Source: Micropepsaceae bacterium (GTDB lineage Bacteria > Pseudomonadota > Alphaproteobacteria > Micropepsales > Micropepsaceae). From it: a DNA stretch of 64,000 bases. Positions within the stretch are counted from its first letter, which is position 1; each line of letters starts with the position of its first letter. The notes under the pieces are model-generated. The model had not been told where the DNA came from and searched no databases. It saw only the letters and a program-made list of their open reading frames with translations. Positions 50,039 through 60,696 of this stretch are shown piece by piece. A program made the translations under genes and the position numbers. The stretch is taken from assembly GCA_965247505.1 (NCBI GenBank), contig OZ252020.1, positions 2,539,719-2,603,718 on the forward strand, read 5' to 3'.

Positions 50039-51913
50039 TTGAGCGCGAACTCCATACGGCGTCTTTCGGAAGGCACGATCAATCAGATCGCAGCCGGCGA
50101 AGTGGTCGAGCGTCCGGCGTCCGCGGTGAAGGAGCTTGCCGAGAACGCACTTGATGCCGGTGCAACGCGCGTTGCAATTACGATTTCCGATGGCGGTGCC
50201 TCGCTCATATTGGTCGAGGATGACGGTATCGGCATGAACGCCGATAGCTTGAAGCTTGCGATCGAACGCCATGCAACCTCGAAACTACCCGCCCGCACCG
50301 ACGGCGCCGACGATCTCACCCATATTGAAACCATGGGATTTCGCGGTGAGGCGCTGCCCTCTATCGGCGCGGTGGCGCGACTTTCGGTCTTGAGCCGTAC
50401 CATTGAGAGCGATGCCCATAGTATTCGTGTCGATGGCGGTAAGGTTTCGGGGCCTGAACCGGCGGCCTATCTTGCAAAGGGTCAGCACGGTACGCGCGTT
50501 GAGGTGCACGATCTTTTCTTTGCCACACCCGCGCGATTGAAATTCATGAAGTCGGTGCGGAGCGAGACTTTGGCCGTGATCGATGTCGTGAAGCGCTTGG
50601 CAATGGCGCGCCCGGATGTCGCATTTAGCCTGACGGCGGACGGGCGGGTGTCGCTCTCCTTGGCGGCGGAATCGGTTCTCTTTGACGGTAAGCTCAGGCG
50701 GCTTGCACGCGTTCTGGGGCGCGATTTCGCCGGCAACGTCGCGCCTATCGATGCTATGCGCGAAAACGTCCGCCTGTCCGGTTTTGCCGGGCTTCCAACC
50801 TATCATCGCGGCAATGCGCAGATGCAATTTCTCTTCGTCAATAATAGACCCGTGCGCGATCGCATGCTGCTGGGCGCGGTGCGCGGCGCCTATGGCGATA
50901 CCATCGTAAAGGGCCGTTACCCGGCGATGGCACTCTTTATCGATTGCGACCCCGCCTTTGTCGATGTGAATGTCCATCCCGCCAAAAGCGAGGTGCGGTT
51001 TCGCGATATCGGTTTGGTGCGCGGCCTGATCGTGGGCGCGCTCAAAAGCGCTTTGCATGAAGAAGCCCATCGCGCCTCTTCCACCATTGCGGACGCAACG
51101 ATCTCGGCTTTTCGTAGCCCCAATGGCGCGCAAGCGGGGATGTCTTTTACACCTCGTATTGGTGCGCTTCCCGAACATGGTCACGGTTCTCGCGGCTTTA
51201 ATGAAGGGGCGCGCGAATTCTACGCGCCGCTGCGCGGTGGCCCGGACTTACGCATTGTCGAAAATGTCCCGCAAGCAGATGGTCCTGAAGATGACGCTAA
51301 ACATGAGAGCAGTGAAGGGCATGATCATGAAGGACCCGCATTGGGACTTGCGCGCGGTCAGGTTCACGACACTTATATTGTCGCCCAAACCTCAGACGGC
51401 ATGGTGATCGTCGATCAGCATGCTGCTCATGAACGTATTGTCTATGAGCGGATGAAGGAATTGGCGGAGGCTGGCGGTATTGCGCGCCAGAAACTGCTTG
51501 TTCCCGAAGTCGTGGAGCTGGACGAGGGTGGCGCGGAGCGAATTGTCGCGCGTGCCGAAGAGCTCTCAAAGCTTGGCCTGATCGTCGAGAATTTCGGGAG
51601 CGGAACCGTGCTCATTCGCGAGACGCCCGCGCTTCTCGGCGAGATCGATGTCAAACCCTTGCTGCGCGATATTGCGGACGAGCTCAGCGAAAGCGGCACG
51701 GCAAATACGATTAAGGAAAAACTCGATCATGTTCTTGCGACCATGGCCTGTCATGGCAGCGTACGCGCGGGCCGCAAGCTCAGAAATGATGAAATGAACG
51801 CGCTTCTGCGCGATATGGAGGGAACGCCCAATACGGGACAGTGTAATCACGGCCGCCCCACCTATGTGGAGCTGAAACTGGCTGATATCGAGCGGCTTTT
51901 CGGACGCCGATAG
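50039..51913 (+). CDS. mutL: DNA mismatch repair protein MutL
   Basis: N-terminal GHKL ATPase motifs (IAAGEVVERPASAVKELAENALDAGAT, DDGIGM). A C-terminal dimerisation domain is present. Confidence 0.95.
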   Translation: MSANSIRRLSEGTINQIAAGEVVERPASAVKELAENALDAGATRVAITISDGGASLILVEDDGIGMNADSLKLAIERHATSKLPARTDGADDLTHIETMGFRGEALPSIGAVARLSVLSRTIESDAHSIRVDGGKVSGPEPAAYLAKGQHGTRVEVHDLFFATPARLKFMKSVRSETLAVIDVVKRLAMARPDVAFSLTADGRVSLSLAAESVLFDGKLRRLARVLGRDFAGNVAPIDAMRENVRLSGFAGLPTYHRGNAQMQFLFVNNRPVRDRMLLGAVRGAYGDTIVKGRYPAMALFIDCDPAFVDVNVHPAKSEVRFRDIGLVRGLIVGALKSALHEEAHRASSTIADATISAFRSPNGAQAGMSFTPRIGALPEHGHGSRGFNEGAREFYAPLRGGPDLRIVENVPQADGPEDDAKHESSEGHDHEGPALGLARGQVHDTYIVAQTSDGMVIVDQHAAHERIVYERMKELAEAGGIARQKLLVPEVVELDEGGAERIVARAEELSKLGLIVENFGSGTVLIRETPALLGEIDVKPLLRDIADELSESGTANTIKEKLDHVLATMACHGSVRAGRKLRNDEMNALLRDMEGTPNTGQCNHGRPTYVELKLADIERLFGRR

Positions 51914-52041
51914 AGTTCCGACGCTTAGCCGAAAACGGCCATGGAATTGCCAAACTTGGGTGAGATTCTAGTTGACGTTGAGTGGGCTTATCCTGTTTTA
52001 AGGTCGTCCTGATCTAAATGGGGATGCTTGAGCGAAAAACC

Positions 52042-52719
52042 ATGAAGAAAACGATTGCCGCAATATCGTCTCTCCTCTTGCCCGTCTTTCTGTGGTCCGC
52101 CACAGCCGACGCCGCCTCCTTTCGAGAAGATGGAAAGGTGCAAGTCGAAGATACGCGCGTTTCCGATGCGTTAAGAGGCGCGCTAGGCACGCAGGCGGTC
52201 TCCGAAGAGATTGGACGCACCATCGGCATCCTCATGTATCAGGACAATTATCTGACCCTGTTAGAATCAGAACTGATTCTCGAATTGCTCAAAAGCATGG
52301 GCAGAAATGTCGAAATCACCGATCCTGGCGGAGAAATTTTCTTCGTTCCTGCATTGTCTCAGGGCGCGCATGATTTTCTTAGCCTCAGCGACACACCGGA
52401 TATTGCTATTTTCTGGCTTGCCGGTCCCGTTGGGATGAAAAAGCTGTCCGATATAACGGTCTTGAATCCGAACATCCGTGATGAGGTGCAGCATTTTATT
52501 GCGAATCAGCTTTATCTTCGCTGGCGGACAAGTACTTACATCAATGGCTATAGCCCGCTGCGCACGACTTTGAGCACGGCCTTCGTGCAATGGCGCGATG
52601 CCGGGCCCGAGACGCTGAAAGTCGCGCGCGAGATTCTCTACGACGCGCTGGTCGAGCTCGACATGGCGGTGAATGACGACGTGCCGGACGAAATGTATGA
52701 GCGCCTGAGAGAAGGCTAA
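52042..52719 (+). CDS. Hypothetical secreted protein
   Basis: The ATG at 52042 gives MKKTIAAISSLLLPVFLWSATADA, a signal peptide. No recognisable family. Confidence 0.4.
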   Translation: MKKTIAAISSLLLPVFLWSATADAASFREDGKVQVEDTRVSDALRGALGTQAVSEEIGRTIGILMYQDNYLTLLESELILELLKSMGRNVEITDPGGEIFFVPALSQGAHDFLSLSDTPDIAIFWLAGPVGMKKLSDITVLNPNIRDEVQHFIANQLYLRWRTSTYINGYSPLRTTLSTAFVQWRDAGPETLKVAREILYDALVELDMAVNDDVPDEMYERLREG

Positions 52720-53291
52720 GTATTATCGGTATCGCTTGGGCGCAGGAACGCCACGCGCGTCTCTCCATAAAGCCGTTCATCGAGAATCTGGTAATCATCC
52801 GTAGACGGAATATTTGTGTCCCGCGCGGCTTCCGCCACGACAATAGCATGCGGTTGCAGCCAGCCGCCCGCATGGAGCGAGGCAAGCGCGGGCGCCAGCA
52901 GATTCTGACCATAGGGCGGATCCAGAAAAGTGAGATCGAAAGGCTTGTTGATATTGCGCCCAAGATCACTCGCATCGCGGCGCCAAATTTTGGTTTTTCC
53001 GGTCAAACCCATGACCTCGACATTGCGCCGCAATGTGGCGCGGCTTGTCGCCGAATTATCGATAAGAAAGGCGTAGGCTGCACCGCGCGAGAGCGCTTCT
53101 ATTCCCAGCGCACCGGTACCGGCAAAGAGGTCGATGACGCGCGCATCGTCAAGCCCGAAATCGGCCCCAAAATCGCGGTGCTCCAGGACATTGAAAATGG
53201 CCTGGCGGACCTTGTCTGATGTCGGCCTGACATTGAGCCCTTGAGGGGCGGAAAGAGGGCGGCCTTTTAACGCGCCGGCGGTAATCCGCAT
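52716..53291 (-). CDS. rsmD: 16S rRNA (guanine966-N2)-methyltransferase RsmD
   Basis: MRITAGALKGRPL...PTSDKVRQAIFNVL...DLFAGTGALGIEALSRGA is the RsmD signature. The start is assigned to the internal ATG at 53291. Confidence 0.8.
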   Translation of the reverse strand: MRITAGALKGRPLSAPQGLNVRPTSDKVRQAIFNVLEHRDFGADFGLDDARVIDLFAGTGALGIEALSRGAAYAFLIDNSATSRATLRRNVEVMGLTGKTKIWRRDASDLGRNINKPFDLTFLDPPYGQNLLAPALASLHAGGWLQPHAIVVAEAARDTNIPSTDDYQILDERLYGETRVAFLRPSDTDNT

Positions 53292-53435
53292 GGTTTTTCC
53301 TGTGATTTTGGAAGCGCCGGCCATCGATACCCCATGGAGGGCTTGGGCGCGAGAAGTGCTCACAAATTCTCACTTTTTCGAAAGACAAACACGCTAGGCT
53401 TTGGAAGCTGCCAGCTTGGGAGTATAGATTAGCCT

Positions 53436-55550
53436 ATGCGGAGCATTTGGGCCTTAACGATTGTTTTCCTAGGACTTCTTGTCCTGGGGGCGCCGGCGCG
53501 CGCGCAAAATGCGCTCCCCCCTGACAATTTGCCCAAGGTTCAGGCACAATTTGTGCCCGAGCGGAGCGAAATCCGCCCCGGCGAAACGGTCACCGTCGCT
53601 TTGCATAAAGTCATCCGGGAGGGCTGGCACACCTATTGGCTCAACCCCGGCGATTCGGGCGCGCCGACCTTTATCGAGTGGGAGCTGCCCGAAGGATGGT
53701 CCACCGGCGATATTCAATGGCCCTATCCGATGCGTCTGCCGATCGGGCCGCTGATGAATTACGGCTATGAACACGAGGTCGCGCTTCTCGTGGACGTTAC
53801 TGTCCCTGAGGATGCAACGCCCGGCGAGACTCTGACATTTCCGACCGATGTCGGCTGGCTGGTCTGCGCGGATGTTTGTATTCCGGAAGATGCCACGGTC
53901 GATCTCAATTTGACGATCTCAAATAGTCCTGCTCCGCCCAGCGCCGAAACCGAACAGTTTTTTGCCGGGGCGCGGGAGAAGCTTCCGTTAGATGCAAGCT
54001 TTACATCTCGCTTTGATGCCGACAATGCCCGCTTTGCGCTTCTTATAGAAAATAACGCGTTTGTCGCCGCCCCGCCGCGTGATGCGGTTTTTTATCCGTA
54101 TACGGATGGAATTGTCGAGCCGCCCGCCGCGCAAAATTTACGTACAGTGCAAAATGGGCTGGTACTCGAGACCACTGCCGGGTGGGAGATAGCCGATCCC
54201 GAAAAACGGCCCAGCTTCGAAGATGTTTCCGGCGTGCTGGTGCTCACTTCGGCAGGTGGGCAGACGGAATCATTTTCGCTCACCGCAACACCGGGAATCA
54301 TTCCCGTAGCGGTCCCCTTAGCGCTCGCCGATGTCGGGTTCCTTTCCGCTTTGCTTTTCGCTTTTTTGGGCGGCATCATTCTCAACCTAATGCCTTGCGT
54401 GCTGCCCGTACTTTCGATGAAGGCGCTTGCGCTCGCAAATAAGGCGGGTACTCCCACGGAAGCCAAATATGAGGCCTTGGCCTATGCCGCCGGCGTCGTT
54501 TCGACCTTTGTGGTTTTGGCCTTGGTGCTGATCGGAGTTCGCGCCGGCGGATCGGCCGTGGGCTGGGGCTTTCAATTGCAGCAACCGATTTTTGTTGCGG
54601 CGCTGGCGCTCCTGATGTTTGCGGTCGGCCTCAATCTTGCAGGGCTATTTGAGATTAGCGCCGGACGGTTTGCGGGGACGGGGCAAAATCTCACCGGCAA
54701 AGGCGGCGCGACGGGAAGCTTTTTCACCGGTACGCTCGCCGTTGTAGTGGCCACGCCTTGCACGGCGCCCTTTATGGCAGCCGCACTTGGTTATGCAGCG
54801 ACCCAAAGTGCTGTGATTTCGCTATCGGTCTTTCTCGCGCTTGCCCTAGGGTTCGCGCTGCCCTTTGTCATTCTTGGGTTTTCTCCATCGGTGTTGAAGC
54901 ATTTGCCGCGCCCTGGCGCTTGGATGGATGTCTTTAAACAGGTGCTGGCTTTTCCGATGTTCGGCGCCGCGCTCTGGCTTGTTTGGGTGCTGGCACAGCA
55001 AACCGGACCCGATGGGCTTTTCGCGGTTTTCGGCGCCGGCCTCGCATTGGCCTTTGCTCTTTGGGCCTTTGGCGCCAGCAGCAAAGCGAGCGGGAAGGGC
55101 AGTAGGCTGGGGCTTGCGAGCGCAGTTATTGCGCTTATCCTTGTGGCGCTCCTCACGGCGCGGGTCGGTGGCAGTAGCGCGGTTCAGGCCGAGGCCTCCG
55201 GTGGTGGTGTGTTGGGCTATGAGCCTTACAGCGTCTCGCGCATCGCGGAATTGCGCGTAGCGGGAACACCGGTTTTCGTGAACGTGACTGCGGCGTGGTG
55301 CATTACCTGCCTCGTCAATGAGCAAATCGCGCTCTCGGGCAAGACGTTGAAAAATGCCTTTGCCGAAAATAGTGTGGTCGCCCTTAAAGCGGACTGGACC
55401 AATCAAAATCCGGAAATCACGGCGTTGCTCGCAGAATATGGCCGCAATGGCGTGCCGCTTTATCTTTACTACGCTCCCAATGCACAAACTGCGGAAATTC
55501 TTCCGCAAATCCTCACCGAATCCATCGTTCTCGCGGCGCTTGAATCTTAA
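53436..55550 (+). CDS. dsbD: Thiol:disulfide interchange protein DsbD (protein-disulfide reductase)
   Basis: An N-terminal periplasmic domain, a central TM domain with the LMPCVLPVLS and TPCTAPF cysteines, and a C-terminal thioredoxin domain with the AAWCITC (CxxC) motif. Confidence 0.9.
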   Translation: MRSIWALTIVFLGLLVLGAPARAQNALPPDNLPKVQAQFVPERSEIRPGETVTVALHKVIREGWHTYWLNPGDSGAPTFIEWELPEGWSTGDIQWPYPMRLPIGPLMNYGYEHEVALLVDVTVPEDATPGETLTFPTDVGWLVCADVCIPEDATVDLNLTISNSPAPPSAETEQFFAGAREKLPLDASFTSRFDADNARFALLIENNAFVAAPPRDAVFYPYTDGIVEPPAAQNLRTVQNGLVLETTAGWEIADPEKRPSFEDVSGVLVLTSAGGQTESFSLTATPGIIPVAVPLALADVGFLSALLFAFLGGIILNLMPCVLPVLSMKALALANKAGTPTEAKYEALAYAAGVVSTFVVLALVLIGVRAGGSAVGWGFQLQQPIFVAALALLMFAVGLNLAGLFEISAGRFAGTGQNLTGKGGATGSFFTGTLAVVVATPCTAPFMAAALGYAATQSAVISLSVFLALALGFALPFVILGFSPSVLKHLPRPGAWMDVFKQVLAFPMFGAALWLVWVLAQQTGPDGLFAVFGAGLALAFALWAFGASSKASGKGSRLGLASAVIALILVALLTARVGGSSAVQAEASGGGVLGYEPYSVSRIAELRVAGTPVFVNVTAAWCITCLVNEQIALSGKTLKNAFAENSVVALKADWTNQNPEITALLAEYGRNGVPLYLYYAPNAQTAEILPQILTESIVLAALES

Positions 55551-55580
55551 GCGCTGGAACGGAGCACTATAGGAAACGCG

Positions 55581-55730
55581 CTATAGGAGCTGCGGCCAAA
55601 GCCCGCTCACGCCTACGAAAATCAAATAAATCGCTATGAAATAGTTCAATAGGCGCGGGACAAGAAGAATCAAGACCCCAATGACCAGCGCGACGAGCGG
55701 CTGAAGGGCAAAGATATTTGCAGCATCCAT
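55581..55730 (-). CDS. Small two-helix membrane protein (49 aa, DUF3096-like), absent from the ORF track
   Basis: Minus-strand ATG at 55728-55730. Translation is MDAANIFALQPLVALVIGVLILLVPRLLNYFIAIYLIFVGVSGLWPQLL. Confidence 0.4.
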   Translation of the reverse strand: MDAANIFALQPLVALVIGVLILLVPRLLNYFIAIYLIFVGVSGLWPQLL

Positions 55731-55824
55731 TTGGCTCTCCTAAAAAATATTCTGATGCGTTTCCTATGACGAAGTGGCCTAGAAGGCCAGGGTATGCGGT
55801 CGCTAGCTCTAAATCCGTCGATCG

Positions 55825-57126
55825 TTATTCAATCGCGGTGTCGTCCGAAAATGGCAAGGCTTTGCCTGCACGTTCCACTAGGTAGAAAGCAGCCACAATC
55901 CCAACCGTTGCGCCAAACATCACATAGAAAACTGGGGCTATCGGCGAGCCAGTGGCCTCGATCAACCATGTGACGAAGAACAGCGCGAAGCCGCCGAACG
56001 CCAGAACCGCCACGTTATATGCAATTGCGAGACCGGTTGAACGCACGCGGACCGGAAACTGCTCCGCCAGTGCTGTCGAAAGCGGGCCGGCGAATGCCCC
56101 GAGCACACTGCACAGAATGACTTGCATGATTATTAGATTGTTGAGGTTGGGGCTTACATGCACCCAAGAAAATAACGGGTACGCCAGCCCGAGAAGGAGC
56201 AAGAGCGTGCCGATAATAATTGGTTTTCGACCAATGCGATCCGACAACGCACCAGATAACGGTACCAGAATCATGAAACATGTGAGGCCAATCGACTGGG
56301 CGACAAAGGCCGCGCTCATCGGCAATTGTAGTTGCGTGCTTGCGAAGGTCGGCATGTAAAGCAGTATCACGTAGAAAGAGATCGTTGTGTCAGTGACGAT
56401 GCCCATACACACCAGCACTTCCTTAAGATGGGTAACGAGCGCGGTGAAGACGCCATATTTTTCTTTCGGCGCTCGGCGTGCCTCGAGAAAAGCCTCAGTC
56501 TCTTCGAGATGGCGGCGAATATAGAGGCCCACCGGGCCAATCAACAGGCCGAACAGGAAAGGGATGCGCCAACCCCAGCCCTCAAACGCACTGGGCGCAA
56601 GGCTGTAGGTTAAAAGCGCGCCGATGAGAGCGCCTGTGAACGTGGCTAAGCCTTGGCCGAACATCTGCCAAGATCCATAAAAACCGCGACTTTGAGACGG
56701 CGCGCTTTCAATGAGAAATGCGGTGGCGCTCGCAAATTCTCCGCCTGCTGAAAAGCCTTGAAGAAGCCGCGCAATCACGATGATCACGGGTGCCGCGACC
56801 CCGATGGCAGCGTAAGTAGGCGCGAACGCAATCATTGCGATTGCCAAAGTCATCAGGCTGATAATCAATTGAAGAGCGGCCTTTCGGCCGTTTCGATCCG
56901 CATAGATCCCCAGAAGAATCCCTCCAACCGGACGCATGAAGAAGCCTGCACCGAAAGTCGCGGTTGCCAGCAGAAGCGACGCGTATTCGCTGTGGGTCGG
57001 AAAGAATAATTGGGAAATGATAACCGTTGAGAAGCCGAAAATGATGAAGTCGTACCACTCGAGTGCGTTTCCGATCACTGCGGCGGCAATTTGGTACGTT
57101 TTTGGTTTGGGATCGTTGGCAGACAT
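55825..57126 (-). CDS. MFS transporter, metabolite:H+ symporter family (ProP-like)
   Basis: 433 aa with 12 TM helices and the MHS-family N-terminal motif ALEWYDFIIFGF. Confidence 0.85.
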   Translation of the reverse strand: MSANDPKPKTYQIAAAVIGNALEWYDFIIFGFSTVIISQLFFPTHSEYASLLLATATFGAGFFMRPVGGILLGIYADRNGRKAALQLIISLMTLAIAMIAFAPTYAAIGVAAPVIIVIARLLQGFSAGGEFASATAFLIESAPSQSRGFYGSWQMFGQGLATFTGALIGALLTYSLAPSAFEGWGWRIPFLFGLLIGPVGLYIRRHLEETEAFLEARRAPKEKYGVFTALVTHLKEVLVCMGIVTDTTISFYVILLYMPTFASTQLQLPMSAAFVAQSIGLTCFMILVPLSGALSDRIGRKPIIIGTLLLLLGLAYPLFSWVHVSPNLNNLIIMQVILCSVLGAFAGPLSTALAEQFPVRVRSTGLAIAYNVAVLAFGGFALFFVTWLIEATGSPIAPVFYVMFGATVGIVAAFYLVERAGKALPFSDDTAIE

Positions 57127-57340
57127 CGTCGCTCACATTGGCTAGCCTGCCGGATCCTTTGGCCCGGTGGTTTGAGAGCCTAACGCATGGATGGATGCCC
57201 ATCCAGGCGCGCTAAACGCCCTCGCTAATTGCACCGGCGCACTCGGCATGGGGCGCAATTTTCGCTAGCTTGTCCCTAGGGGTAGGGCAGCAGCGCAATT
57301 TGCCGGTATAAGAAGCAGGTCGGAGAGGGAGAATGTCGAG

Positions 57341-58501
57341 ATGAGAATTATATGGATGAGTCTTGTAGCGGCGCTTGGGCTTGCAGCGAGTTTTGGCATG
57401 GTGTCCGTCTACGGCCAGCAGCAAGATCTGGACTTCGATCCGGCAGACCCCTTTGCCAGCACCAGCTCCGCCGAAGAGTGGAGGGGGCTGTTCGCGACCG
57501 GCGTTCCCGCAATAGATCCGAATGACCGCTTTCGAAACTTGACTGGGCGCGAATGGACCGAAACCGGCGAATACCAAACCGCGGAGCAGCTGGGATTGTC
57601 CAGTGAAGCTTTTTTGGCCACCTTTGACGGCTCGGGCGGCACCGGCGTGCAAATCGGCAGCCCCTATCCCTATGACAACGCCGAAGAGCATTACAATGCG
57701 TGGCTTGAAGCAGCCGATGGCGGCACCGAACATGACCGCATGAGCCTTCCCGACTGGAGCGGCAGCTGGCAAGGCACCGCTCAAGGCGTGCTTCGCCAAA
57801 CCGCACTGGTGCGCGACGTATGGGACGCGATTACCGAGGAATATCGCCCCGGCTTTCAGCAACTCTTAACGGCAGAGCTGGAATCACGGCATTGGTGGCC
57901 GGCCGATACCTGTCTTCCCGAGGGGTTCGGGCGGTTCTATGCGCTTAACGGCGCCGTGTTTCATTTTATGATGGATCCCACGATGGTCCTGATCCACAAG
58001 GACCGTCCCCAAAGCGAAACGCGATATATTTTTACCGACGGACGCGGCTTCTTGCCGCCCGACTATCGTTTCCCCGCATGGATTGGACACTCGCAAGCCT
58101 TCTGGGAGGGCGATGAACTTGTCATTTGGACAAACGACATCATTCCCTGGGTGCTCACCCATGGCCTTGGAGAATATAGCGACGAGCTACAGGCCGTCGA
58201 ACGGGTGAAGAAAATCGGCGATTCCATCTTGCTCGATATCACGCTTTACGATCCTGAAGCCTTCGCTTTTCCCTGGCACGATGTCGTGGAGTTTCGACGG
58301 CTTGAGGATTGGACCACCGCGCCGCAGACATTTAATGAATGCACCTCAACCAATAATGTTTATCACGACGAAAATGGGCTTCTGAGGGAATACACCCCGG
58401 GCGATCCAAACTATCGCGACGCGACGGATCCACGGCCATGGGCAAGTGTCTTCGAGCGTGGAGAAAGAGCAAACGCTGAAGGTGGTGCCGCCGGCGAATA
58501 A
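57341..58501 (+). CDS. Secreted protein, long subtype of the paralog family
   Basis: Signal peptide MRIIWMSLVAALGLAASFGMVSVYGQQ. The motifs AWIGHSQAFWEGDELVIWTND and EYSDELQAVERVKKI are present. It is paralogous to 19053-20153. Confidence 0.6.
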   Translation: MRIIWMSLVAALGLAASFGMVSVYGQQQDLDFDPADPFASTSSAEEWRGLFATGVPAIDPNDRFRNLTGREWTETGEYQTAEQLGLSSEAFLATFDGSGGTGVQIGSPYPYDNAEEHYNAWLEAADGGTEHDRMSLPDWSGSWQGTAQGVLRQTALVRDVWDAITEEYRPGFQQLLTAELESRHWWPADTCLPEGFGRFYALNGAVFHFMMDPTMVLIHKDRPQSETRYIFTDGRGFLPPDYRFPAWIGHSQAFWEGDELVIWTNDIIPWVLTHGLGEYSDELQAVERVKKIGDSILLDITLYDPEAFAFPWHDVVEFRRLEDWTTAPQTFNECTSTNNVYHDENGLLREYTPGDPNYRDATDPRPWASVFERGERANAEGGAAGE

Positions 58502-58633
58502 GGAAAGCTGTTTGCCCATACCGAACGCACCGATGAGGGCGAAATAGGCGGAGCTGAACGCCATCTCTGGACCCTTTTTCTTGGTGTGGTAGCCTGTAAA
58601 AACAAGAAAACGTTTTTCGAATAAAGGAGCACT

Positions 58634-59722
58634 TTGATGTCGATGTCAGCCAGTCCGAGATATGGGTTATTTGCGGCAATTGCCCTTTTGATGGCCATGC
58701 CGGTAAGCCAGGCCCAGACGCCGGACATTGCGCCGGTCAATGAGGGCGACAATCCCTATCGCACCATCCGCGATTGGGCCGGGCGCGACATAGACGGACG
58801 GCCCTGGGGCGGCTCCAATGGCGTCGCCATTGACCGCGATGGCGTGACGGTATGGGCGACCGACCGCTGCTCGCGGCGGATTACGCCGGGCTGTCTCGCG
58901 ACCGATGCAAATCCGGTCCATCACATCGACGAAAACGGCGAGGAAATTATCAGCTTCGGCGGCGGTATGTTTGTGTGGCCGCATGGCATTCATGTCGATC
59001 AGGACGGCAATGTCTGGGTGACCGACGCGCGCGTGGCAACTGCGGAAGAACTCGAAACGATGCCCGGCGAAAACAATAAGGGAAGCGTTGCGGTGAAGTT
59101 TAGTCCGCAAGGCGAGGTCCTGATGACACTGGGGCAACCAGGCGTGCTGGGAAATCCGCCGGAGGCGCTGACCGCGCCGACCGATGTCGTTACCGATCCG
59201 GATAATGGCGATATTTACGTCGCGGAGAGCCATACCAATGTCGCGGACCCAAATCTTATCGGCCGCATCTCGGTGTTCGATAGCGAGGGAAATTTTCTTA
59301 GAACAATCGGCAGCACGGGAACCGGGCCGGGCCAATTTCGGACACCGCACGCAATCGAGTTTGATTCCCAAGGAAGGCTGATCGTTGCCGACCGCCATAA
59401 TCACCGCGTTCAAATCCTCACAAAACAAGGTGAGTATATCGGTGAGTATCCGGAGTTTAGCCGTTCAAGCGGGCTGGCGGTCGATGCAGACGACAATATT
59501 TACACCGCCGATTCCGAATCCGATCCGGAAAGGCACCCAGGCTGGCGCAGGGGCATCCGCATCGGGAATTTGAGCGATGGCCAAGTGACTATCTTTATCC
59601 CGCCACATGATAACGGCACTGAAGTAGGTGCGATGGGAGAAGGGATTGCAATCGATCCTGCAGGCAATCTCTATACCGCGGAAGCCAATTTGGGGGGCTT
59701 GTCGAAATATGTACGGGAATAG
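58634..59722 (+). CDS. Secreted NHL-repeat beta-propeller protein
   Basis: Signal peptide MMSMSASPRYGLFAAIALLMAMPVSQAQ. Repeated blades with NHL signatures (VTDARV..., VADRHNHRVQIL, YTADSESD). Confidence 0.65.
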   Translation: MMSMSASPRYGLFAAIALLMAMPVSQAQTPDIAPVNEGDNPYRTIRDWAGRDIDGRPWGGSNGVAIDRDGVTVWATDRCSRRITPGCLATDANPVHHIDENGEEIISFGGGMFVWPHGIHVDQDGNVWVTDARVATAEELETMPGENNKGSVAVKFSPQGEVLMTLGQPGVLGNPPEALTAPTDVVTDPDNGDIYVAESHTNVADPNLIGRISVFDSEGNFLRTIGSTGTGPGQFRTPHAIEFDSQGRLIVADRHNHRVQILTKQGEYIGEYPEFSRSSGLAVDADDNIYTADSESDPERHPGWRRGIRIGNLSDGQVTIFIPPHDNGTEVGAMGEGIAIDPAGNLYTAEANLGGLSKYVRE

Positions 59723-59760
59723 ATGCGGGCGAGAATAGATACCGGAGGGAATAGAGAGGC

Positions 59761-60642
59761 ATGCCAAACTCGGCTCAAAGAACAATGTCCAAATTCGCTT
59801 CAACAAACGCGCTGGCTATTAGCGGCGCTTGTCTGCTGGCCATTGCAGCTTCCATTGCCGTTGTCCCAACACAAACAATTGCACAAACAACCGCGTCCAT
59901 TCCCGATCTGTCATCAAATGGGATGAGTTGGGGCGGCGCGAACGGCCGCGAGTTTCTTGTTGTCCCTGGCTCGCCTCCCGCCGTGACGTTCGATCCAGAA
60001 CATCCTTACATCAACAACGCCATCAATCGGCAGACTGGGCAGCAGCCGACCTACCACATTTCCGATTTGAGCAACCCAAATTTGATGCAATGGGCCAAGG
60101 ACTTCATGAAAGTCGATAATGACGAGGTTCTTGCCGGAAAAATCGCCTATATGCCGGGGCAATCCTGCAAACCTTGGGGCACGCCAGCCGTGCTGCAATC
60201 GGGCGGCCCGTTCATCATCATTCAATCGCCGACGGAAGTTGTGGTCATCGAAGAGGGCGAACGTCTCGCGCGCCATATCTATTTGAATGTGCCCCATTCG
60301 GCGAACCCCAAACCGTCTTGGTACGGAGAATCTATCGGTCATTACGAGGACAATGCCCTCGTCATCGATACGATCGGGATAAATAATGAGACCTATGTCG
60401 ATTTTTTCCGCACGCCGCATACCGAGCAGCTACATGTCATGGAACGCTGGCAGCTAAGCGACGACGGAACCGAGCTTGATATTCTCATCACGGTTGACGA
60501 CCCGGGCACTTATTATGAGCCCTGGCAGGTTATGCGCCATTTAGAGCGCGACGAGGAAGAATTGGGCGAGAATATTTGCCGCGAAGGCAATTTCATACTC
60601 TTCGACTACGGTATCCCGATCGACGAAACACCGGATTTTTAG
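59761..60642 (+). CDS. Secreted protein, member of the WYGESxGHYEGD paralog family
   Basis: Signal peptide, then WYGESIGHYEDNALVIDTIG and FRTPHTEQLHVMERW. Alternative starts exist at 59761 and 59785. Confidence 0.6.
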   Translation: MPNSAQRTMSKFASTNALAISGACLLAIAASIAVVPTQTIAQTTASIPDLSSNGMSWGGANGREFLVVPGSPPAVTFDPEHPYINNAINRQTGQQPTYHISDLSNPNLMQWAKDFMKVDNDEVLAGKIAYMPGQSCKPWGTPAVLQSGGPFIIIQSPTEVVVIEEGERLARHIYLNVPHSANPKPSWYGESIGHYEDNALVIDTIGINNETYVDFFRTPHTEQLHVMERWQLSDDGTELDILITVDDPGTYYEPWQVMRHLERDEEELGENICREGNFILFDYGIPIDETPDF

Positions 60643-60696
60643 CGCGAGCGCTCAATGCGCTTTGCATTGAAGCGTTCAGTCCGCCGCAAACAACAA

